Positions 54,695 to 64,000 of a stretch of DNA of 64,000 nucleotides are shown in pieces. The notes below the pieces were generated by a model that searched no databases, was not told the DNA's origin, and worked only from the letters and a program-made list of their open reading frames with translations. This DNA comes from Octopus vulgaris (Eukaryota). Every line of letters starts with the position of its first letter. Within the stretch, counting starts at the first letter, position 1. The stretch is taken from positions 107,198,001-107,262,000 of the forward strand of contig OX597822.1 in assembly GCA_951406725.2 (NCBI GenBank), given 5' to 3'. The position numbers and the translations under genes were made by a program.

Positions 54695-55091
54695 TCTTTA
54701 TATATAAAAGTGAGGTTGTGTGCTGTCTGTCTCCTACGATTTAGATTCCTAACTACTCCCACATTTTGCGGTGCAGTTTAACCAAAACCGGGTATCTTAT
54801 AGTCGTGATTCATATCGAGCCCTTCTGGGTATTAACGCGCGTCTACGATGAGTCTACGATTTAAAAAAAATTACCATCAATATTTCCCTTTTTTAATGCA
54901 TTTTTGGCATATATAAGGGAAGAAATTCTCTAAAAATTTATTATTAAATCTCAGAACGTAAAAAGCTACAGTAACACCACCACGCTTTGTGGTTAGCCAT
55001 ATTGAGATGGCTATTATACTTTACATCTCTAAAAGTGCTTATTTTAGTTATTTCCCTTACAAACCCGAGCAACGCCGGGCGATACTGCTAG
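54695..55091 (+). mobile_element. Non-autonomous Helitron-like element
   Basis: Starts A|TC and has the same 3' hairpin and CTAG|T as 39537-40053, but a different middle. Confidence 0.88.
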
Positions 55092-55149
55092 TCGTTCATA
55101 AACTGTTTTTGATTGCTTGGCTTTTCAAAATGTGTTGAGCACTAGACTT

Positions 55150-55900
55150 ACACTTTAAAAGTTATCATCACACGGCAACGCAGTCTTGATTTAGACATTC
55201 CTCAATCGTTGCACCGTTCATCTTTCATAAAATTTTCTAATTGAACACAAACACACAAACGTAAAGGAACATAAATTTGGGAATAACATTTTGGAATCAG
55301 CGTACGTTTCCCAATAATCATATTACTAAAATTGAATGATATTGATATCGAAACCATGAGACATCCACATCAAATTATCTTCTAAAGATTCTTAATAAAT
55401 CATTCAAATATAGATTTTTGAACTGGAACACAAATTTGCTTTTCAGGGAATGCATATAGGCTATTGAATTAACTCTATTCTATTGTCAATATACATTTAT
55501 CAATTTTAAGTTGTCTACATAAGTGTTCCTTGTAGAATGCAAACGCACAACGCTTTTCTATGGAAGGTGATGTACTTCTGTAATTCAGCAAGTTTCTAGC
55601 AAATACTTTCAGATTTATCTCTTTTAACCATGCTGGTAACTAATTTCTGGTTATCACCCAAATTTACTGCCAATTTCTGTTGATCCTGGTACAAAGAAAG
55701 AAGTCACGCGACTAGGAACCTATCAACTAAAACTCTTAAAAGTTGTAACAAACTATGGCGACTAATTTATTCTGACATTAAAGCACCTGTCACTCCATAA
55801 TCCCTCCACTTCATCACAGCAACAAGATAGAATGAGTTTCCATTAAATATATCAGTTCATATAATAATTTAAAATTTAATTATACTATATTTTAACATTA
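55150..55900 (-). pseudogene. Decayed Penelope-like RT relic
   Basis: FKNLYLN and VFVFN*KIL*KMNGATIEECL resemble the SLYTN and YFxFNGKxYKQxxGxAMGSPL motifs. Confidence 0.45.
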
Positions 55901-56397
55901 ACTGAACAAAATATCCATGCAAAATCCAAATTTGTTGAGAAAATTTAGTTGTTTTTTAAATGTTTTTTTTTGTTGGCGGTGAGGGAGGGTGTATTGTATT
56001 TAATTTTTTTTTTCCTAGCGACAATTTTATTCGTAATTGGATTTCTAGAAAATTTAGTTTGTTTTCTATAATCTGCTTCTGAGTAAGTGGCAAGGTATAT
56101 ATAATGAAATATATAAGAAAATATGTTCAATAGTGAAATGAAATTATGCAATTAGTAAAAACGAGAAAAAAAATTTTCTATCTCAAGGTATTTGTAGAGG
56201 GCAGGAAGTGAGTGTTGAATTAATTCAAAGCATTGAAAAAATAGTGAAAAAGAATCGTAAACATACGTACATACATACACACAAAAACATAGAAACCAAC
56301 ATACACGTATTATGTACGTATGTATGTATGTACATGTACACGCGCACACGTACATATATTTACGCGATTTTATGCATATACATACATGCAAACACAG

Positions 56398-56443
<46 letters not shown>

Positions 56444-57789
56444 GTCCATATACAGATGCACACACGAACAAACACTAAATTGATACAGGCATACATACAT
56501 ATATGATTCAGTGAATCAATTTTTTCCTCTACATTGATTCTCGTCGATATTTATATTACAAAATCTTCAAAGGACTGTTTTCTGTTTTGTTTTGGCGGTG
56601 GAATAAATCTTTAAAAAACTCATGACTACTAATAAAAGAAGTTAGTGAACTGAAAGAAAATAATAATATTCTTCAGAAAACGACCATTTAAAGTAAAATT
56701 TAATAAACATTATTACAACTTCATGTGATTTCAAATTCTGAGACTTGGTTTTATTGACGAACGGAAATTCAATATTTTTTTTCCTTTTTTTATTATCAAA
56801 TTAGTGTTGAACTAACGTGGCAGTTGATGACGTCAGAAGGTTCTTGTAATGTGGTAGCTCAGTCAGCAAGTCAAATTCTTCAATGAAATAATTAAGCTCA
56901 TTTAATTTTCAGCCTGGAAACTAATTTACCAGCCTACCTCACCAAATAAAAACTTATTGATTAATAAACTTTATCAATAGATTTCTAGACTTATATAATA
57001 AAATAAAAAGGACATAAATTGATTAATAACCATTTTTCTGTTCTTAATTTAGTGATTTTAATTCAGAAATATTAAATTAAAAATATAAATTTGCTAGACA
57101 TATTTTTTTCACTAAGATTTTGACTCTATTGTTCTGTCGACCAGTAACCTTCTACGAAGATTTGGTATCTTTTAGGACGAAAGTCAGAACAAATAATATT
57201 CACAAAATGATGTAGAATCGATATAGACGGAAAATCTGACAGTGCTGGAGAAATTGGATGGAAAATTAGAATGAAAATGATACTACACTTTATAAACAAC
57301 ATTTTGAAGCATATCCGAGAAATAGACTCACAGTAGTTCATTTTTAATTCTACATCCCAACTTGGCTCACGTTTTCTTCTTATATATCTCTCTTGAAAAT
57401 ATTGATTTGAATTATTGGCAAAAGGCCAGCAAGTTCAAGGGAGGGGTTAAGTCGATTAGATCGACACGAGCGCTGAACAGGTACTTATTTTATCGACCCC
57501 AAAAGGGTGAAAGGCAAAGTCGACCTCGGTGGAGTTCGAACCCAGAACGTAAAGTAGGACGAAATGCTGCTGAGTTTTTACTTGGCATGCTAACGATTCT
57601 GACAGTTCGCTGGTTTCTTTCTGCTAAAAATATTAGCATATAATTCATTCAAAAGAAAGTTATCCTTTTTCCTATTTCGTATTTTGATTTTTTTTTGGGA
57701 GGGGGGGTTGGAAGATTGGCCTTTGCTCATGACCTTTGCTGGTGCTATCAATGTTTTGTTTATACACTTATATATCAAAGTCCGTACGA

Positions 57790-58118
57790 ATGAAGTGAAG
57801 AGGGGGGAAATTTCAGAAGATTGATGATCTGAGGAAAAGGACTGAGAATAATGATTAGTGATGAGATGATGGGGCTGGTTGTAACAAAGAGGGACAAGAG
57901 GTGGAGAGAATGACGATTGGGTGCCAGATTGGATGGCGTATGAGATCAGCCAGTTGCAAAGAACAAAAGAATATAATTATAGTAGCAATAGAAAAGACAC
58001 AAAAAGGAGTTGTCACATATGTTGGATGAGGACTGTAGCGTATCTGTGAGTATCTGAATGTAGATGAGGGCCTGAGCGTAACTGTGAGTGATTGATTGCG
58101 GCTCTTCGCTGGATGCAA
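57790..58118 (-). pseudogene. Non-LTR retrotransposon C-terminal relic
   Basis: IQRRAA and LTDTLQSSSNICDNSFLCLFYCYYN resemble LQPLSHRRxVASLSLFYRYF. Confidence 0.5.
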
Positions 58119-58207
58119 TATATCTAAATATATATATTACACAAGGATTGATACAATACATATGTATTGTACAGCTGCTCAAATTCATTGCTACAATATC
58201 AACTTTG

Positions 58208-58275
<68 letters not shown>

Positions 58276-58476
58276 GTAGATCGAACCATCTCAAGTATAA
58301 CTGCCTAAAATGGTCGTGACGTCTGGGACTTGACTAATGAAAGAAAGCCAAGAATGACCTGTCTTTTTTGCGTGTCCTTCTAATTGTTATTTCTCTTGTA
58401 CGCCTTTGTATCGTCTATTTGTCCGAACGTTTTAATGTTTTAATGCCCTCTATTGCGTTTTTGTTCTCTCTCTCTC

Positions 58477-58540
<64 letters not shown>

Positions 58541-58542
<2 letters not shown>

Positions 58543-59218
58543 GGTTGGGGTAGAGAGGATGGATGTTTGGAAAATGGCTATTGTCCAGCCCCAAGTGGAG
58601 GGACATATGTCCGACAGATAACATTAGGTCCGTGGCGCTTAGTATTATTTTCTTTTCCGGTGAAGCCATGGCACCGTGGACGATAAAGCATCATGTGTTT
58701 GCCTACCACGCTTAGGTGAAGAATAACAAGTCTGTCACATTAATTCACCGTGAATTTCGGCGCCACTGCAACACTTCGTACATGAGCTACACTAATGAAT
58801 ATGGGAGTGGGGGCGTCACAAACGATACGGACCCTGGAAAATGTGGATCAGGTCAGACAAGCTTTGATACGGAGTCCCTATCGCTCTGCTCTGATGCATC
58901 CCACTGAACCTGGCATCGGTTATCGAACGGTAAGGCGTATTTTGCATGAAGACCTGCATTTCCACCCGTACAAATTGGCCATTGAGGAACAGTTGAGACC
59001 ATGGGACTATACTGGAGAGAGTGGAGGCCAAATACCAAAAATATCTTCAGAGATACATCAATGAAAACAAACACCACTTGATGGATGTTGTTTTCCAAGC
59101 TTGATTTTAACAAATGCTAATTCAATAGAACACATTGATGTCAATAAAATTCGTTTGCAGCTAAGATTAATGATTTTGTGAATTTTTCAAAAACGTATGC
59201 CTTCGCTACTCCACCCTG
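58541..59218 (+). mobile_element. Internally deleted Tc1/mariner-superfamily transposon with both TIRs and a TA TSD
   Basis: TIRs ta|caggttggggtagagagg...gtttggaaaa and ttttcaaaaac...ccttcgctactccaccctg|ta. HTH relic RTLENVDQVRQALIRSPYRS...TVRRILHEDLHFHPYK. Confidence 0.88.
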
Positions 59219-59462
59219 TATATATATATATCAAAATAAATTGTCACGAGATTACTAAGAAAAGAACGTTAGAGGATAAAGTGTTGAAAACTCTGTTAAT
59301 TCATAAACTGAAATTTCCAACAGGTTTTGGATTCTTTTTTTATGGAAGAACATTAACTGACATATAACAGATATATAGAAAGATACTATACGACAGATTA
59401 CTTGACAGCTAGCCTGCGCACTATACTCTCACACTCATATGTCCGTATGTATACTGGTATAT

Positions 59463-59531
<69 letters not shown>

Positions 59532-59536
<5 letters not shown>

Positions 59537-59725
59537 AGAGTTTATGAAAAAAAAACAAAAGAAGAAGATAGGTGGTGTACAAAACAAACAGATGTATTAG
59601 TATAACGCTCAGGAATAGAAAAAGAATTTTATGTTTTGAGCCTACGTTCTTATACAGAGTGGGACACAGAACAAAAAAACAAGGAGAGAAAAAAATCTGT
59701 GTAGTGGCTAACGATCTATCATGGC

Positions 59726-59730
<5 letters not shown>
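59532..59730 (-). repeat. Microsatellite-embedded repeat (homologous to 14461-14560)
   Basis: Lies between (TA)n and (TC)n tracts and shares sequence with 14461-14560. Confidence 0.6.
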
Positions 59731-59778
<48 letters not shown>

Positions 59779-59939
59779 TGTGACCCACATGGTCAATATG
59801 GTCAATGTATGTGATTTCACCAGTTCGCTGCGGTGTAGCGCCTGAAGTACGAGAGTACCACTCACTAATTACGCTGCTTGTTAGAACATCTGAAAGTCAT
59901 ATCTCAGAAAAGCAAGCCTCTCCATATGTTGAGCAACTG

Positions 59940-60262
59940 AAAGGGTGATGTTGGGTCAGTGTTTAGCAAGGCGTTGTTTTCCGATAGCTCCTTTTTAAAT
60001 TGTCACATAAATTTGTCGTTTTCAAAATCTTTTACCATAGAACAGAACATTTTTCGCCATCTGTTTCTGTCAAGAACAATAGATTCAACATCTCTGTAAA
60101 ATATGTTCGACTCCAAAAAACTAGTTTTTGGCAAGTTTTTAAACCGCTTTTTATTTTGTGGTTTGCTCTAATTTCCCTTTCCAGGAGAAAGCTCGCCATA
60201 AATACTTGCTGAGTGATGCGATCATTTGCCATTTTCCATCCGTATCACATGGTCATTCCACG

Positions 60263-60265
<3 letters not shown>
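59940..60265 (-). pseudogene. Decayed RTE LINE C-terminal fragment
   Basis: Motifs HVIRMEN, YGELSPGK, KKRFKNL and ESIVLDRNRWRK. Confidence 0.65.
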
Positions 60266-60321
<56 letters not shown>

Positions 60322-60344
60322 ATATATGTATATTCCTTTGTTCT

Positions 60345-60735
60345 GTTATTCTTTTACTTGTTTCATTCACTTGACTGCGGACCAGATGGACTATCGCCTT
60401 AAGGGATTTTAGTCGAACGAATAGACCAAGGCCAGTTTACTTCTTATTCTATCAGTTACTTTTATTGAAGTTTTAAGTACGGGGACGTAAACTCACCAAC
60501 AGCGGTTATCAAGTGGTGATGAGGGACAAGCACAGACGCAAAGACAACCGCGCGCACACATGCACGTATACGCGCGCGCACACACACATATACGATGGGT
60601 TTCTTTCAGTTTTCATCCACTTAATCCACTCACAAGGCTTTGGTCGGCCCGAGACTATAGTAGAAGCGATTTGCCGAAGGTCACACACAGTGAGAATGAA
60701 TTCGGACCGATGTGGCTGGGAAACAATCTTCTTAT
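60345..60735 (-). mobile_element. Diverged SINE family A copy
   Basis: Consensus match. Confidence 0.8.
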
Positions 60736-60858
60736 CATATAACATGTATAAAGATATATATCATCTGGTGCTATGCCACAGCTAAGGAGCGCATGAACAC
60801 ACACACACAAGCGCGCACACACACAAACACACATACCCACATACACACACACATATTT

Positions 60859-61150
60859 GTGAAGGCGCATGTCTTAGTGAGTAGGGTGTTGCACTCACGA
60901 TGGTGAGATTCATGGTTTCGATTCCCAAACCGAGGGTTGAGTTGCCTTCTTGGGTAGAACACTTCATTTCAGTTTCCTCTGCGATCGTTTCGTCTTCAGA
61001 CATGTGCCACTTCGTGCTGCTGTACAGGTTGAGGGAGGGCATTTATGTGAACACAAACATTTAACAACTATAAACAAATCAAATATGTGCCTCTTCAGCA
61101 AGAAATTGCAGAAACCAGAACCCTCATACGTCGTCTAACGACGGGAAAGT
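60859..61150 (+). mobile_element. SINE family C-related copy
   Basis: tRNA head gtgaaggcgcatg.cttagtg and B-box ggtttcgattccc. Confidence 0.65.
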
Positions 61151-61155
61151 GCATC

Positions 61156-61212
<57 letters not shown>

Positions 61213-61216
<4 letters not shown>

Positions 61217-61496
61217 CGTGATCACTGTGACCGACCAGGCTATCAGATGGTCACAATGCACTTCGCAATATTTTAGCCTTCAAGTGACGCCACCCCGCTG
61301 GCTAAGCGAGCAGGCCAACAGAAGAAAGATTGAGAGAAACTTTTGACGAAAGAGTACCACCACCCCCTGCCGGAGACTCGTGGAGCTTTAGGTGTGTTTG
61401 CTCAATAAACACCCACAACGCCCAGTCTGGGAATCGAAACTGCGATCCTACAACCGCGAGTCCGCTGCCCTAACCGCTGGGCCATTTCGTCTCCAC
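61213..61496 (-). mobile_element. SINE family D-related copy
   Basis: The head is shared with 46418-46560, but the tail differs. Confidence 0.8.
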
Positions 61497-61521
61497 ACAC
61501 ATACACACACACACAAACACA

Positions 61522-61627
<106 letters not shown>

Positions 61628-62785
61628 AGCGCACATGTGAGCAGCCTCTTCCATAGGTATGTATTCATACATAGAGGAATGTATGCTTCAATGTTTTACT
61701 AGCCCCTCATGAAGATCGGAGCCCCAACTTTCTGCTATACCCCTTGATCTCTCATATGTTCCCTGACTAACATTGTAATTTTGAATGAACTTTGCTGAAC
61801 AGAAACTGTGGTGTGGACTCTTGTATACTCTGTGCCTTTATACGAAGGTACAGATTGGTTACATATTTTGTATCGCTCTTTGTGGTTGATGATGACCTTA
61901 AGTTTAAAGGATTTGTGTACTACTCAGGTACACTATGATACAACGAACTGAGGTACCCGTGGATGGAGCCTCCAACCCTCCTTAAAACATTAACCTATAC
62001 AAGTTCCCATGAGGTACCATGCAAAAAAATTCTTGTAAACTATATAAGATTCATCGTAGGAGAACAAATGCAACATTTATACATTTTTAGTATCAGAAAT
62101 TTTAAAGTAACTCTGAGATTTGATAACATTAGATCGAGTGTGTTATAGACATTTAATAATCAGCAGCTGAAAATTCTACAATTCAATAAAGTTAGAGCTT
62201 GACAGTGTTTGAAACTATCTAATTTTAGTGTTCTGCCATTATAACAACAAAGAGATTGGATTTTCGCCATTATAGCAGCAAAAATTATCGATCGAAAGAG
62301 AATGCGGCGTAGAAAGTTTCAGAGGAAAATTACAAGTCAAAGATTTACAATTTACTGTTAGTATTAGAGGAACGATGCAGGTCTGACTGAATGTGAAAGT
62401 CGTCGATACAAAACCGGCAAATGGAAACCAGTCTTTCGTTACACATTTCCGATTTCTACATTAGTCAGGTCCCTCAAACCGTACAAACTAGAGAATACCA
62501 TCGCTAGATTGGCTACAGTTTCGTAATCTTTTTTAGTAGTTTAGGGTGATTAAATGGCTGTAGATATAGCGAGTGTGATTAGATACTTTAGCATATTAAT
62601 TAGGTTTATTCGGTTTTCTGGCTTTCAGTCCTATCAAATTGCGAGTGATTACGAAGTTCACTTCATATCGCAAACTGCACGTCTCCGAGTTCAATTCCGG
62701 TGTGTGAGAAACTTCTACTTTTGTTCTGAGACAACCAGAGGCCTTTGATTGAATCTGATGGATGGAAACTGATTGGATACTGCTC

Positions 62786-62882
<97 letters not shown>

Positions 62883-63611
62883 CAGGTATGAATATCATTG
62901 TTCAGTTTTATTTTATGATTTCTTGACAATAGAGAAAGAGTTGGTTTCTAACCTAGATCCATTGGAATTTTTGTATGTATGTGTGTATGTATATGTATGT
63001 ATGTATGTATGTGTGTATCTATGTGTGTGTGTACGTATGTATGTATGTATGTATGTATGTATGTATCTATGTGTGTGTGTACGTTTGTTTGTATGTATGT
63101 ATGTGTGTGTGTGTGTACGTATGTACGTACGTACGTATGTATGTGTGTATGTATGTATGTATGTATGTATGTATGTATGTATGTATGTATGTATGTATGT
63201 ATGTATGTATGTAGAGAACGAAGTAGGGGAATAAGATGAGAAAAATAAGGGCGGACAGATTCAGAATCAACATTGTAATTTTGACGCTGAGAGGAAGTGC
63301 GTGAAGTTAATTTTGACGTTACGAACATTGGCACACTTTGGAATATAAATGAGTAATTGACAGAGAGGAAGAGAAGGCAAGAAATCAGTAAATATAAAGA
63401 GAAATAGTTCCGATGAAATAAACCATGTGTGTGATGGTTAGCTTACTTGGTAGTCGTTCACTCACTGGACCTAGGCTGACTGAATTTAGTCTTCAAAGGG
63501 CAAAGCGGAGAGAGGTGATGGTGTCTTAGTGAATTAGTGTATGTGAGTAGAAGGTTCTGTTAGCATAGTGTTGATTGAAGCATTTGTGTTTTCATGCAAT
63601 CATATCTATCC

Positions 63612-63736
<125 letters not shown>

Positions 63737-64000
63737 CGTACCTATCTAGCTGCCTATCTGTGTGAGTGTGTGTGTTTATAGAGGCAGAAATAGTTGTATA
63801 ATTAACACGTTTGCTCTTTAACGACGTGGTTTCCAGTTCAATTCCACTGTACAGACAAGCTTATGTATGTATACATGTATGTATATATATGTGCATGTAT
63901 GCATAGATATACATATGTATGCATGTATGTTTAGATATAGATATATATGCATGTGTGGGTGTGTGTGTGAGTGACAGAGTGTGTATATCTATACATGCAT

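Overview
AT-rich, microsatellite-dense eukaryotic DNA. The tRNA-derived SINE families, (TA)n/(TATC)n/(TATG)n tracts and very long introns suggest an octopus (coleoid cephalopod) genome; this is inference, with no database search. Most ORFs in the track are microsatellite or SINE artefacts. The window appears to be mostly intron of a minus-strand Cys-loop receptor gene, a GABA-A receptor beta/LCCH3-like subunit. One clear 95-nt coding exon lies at 12136-12230 (SYGTSSRFDNATNTIKALLKGYDIRLRPQFG), and a candidate signal-peptide exon ends at 34904. The introns carry four SINE families, RTE and CR1-group LINE fragments, Penelope-like relics, mariner/Tc1 relics, non-autonomous Helitrons and a MITE with an 8-bp TSD. 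The most striking signal is a set of at least four unrelated families of minimal type-I hammerhead-ribozyme motifs in short, microsatellite-embedded repeats, several arranged as inverted pairs. One family uses a U3-A8 compensatory core and is physically attached to a Penelope ORF relic. Five motifs, including a near-perfect 323-bp palindrome, cluster within about 1 kb of the receptor exon's splice donor. Ribozyme activity is predicted from sequence only.
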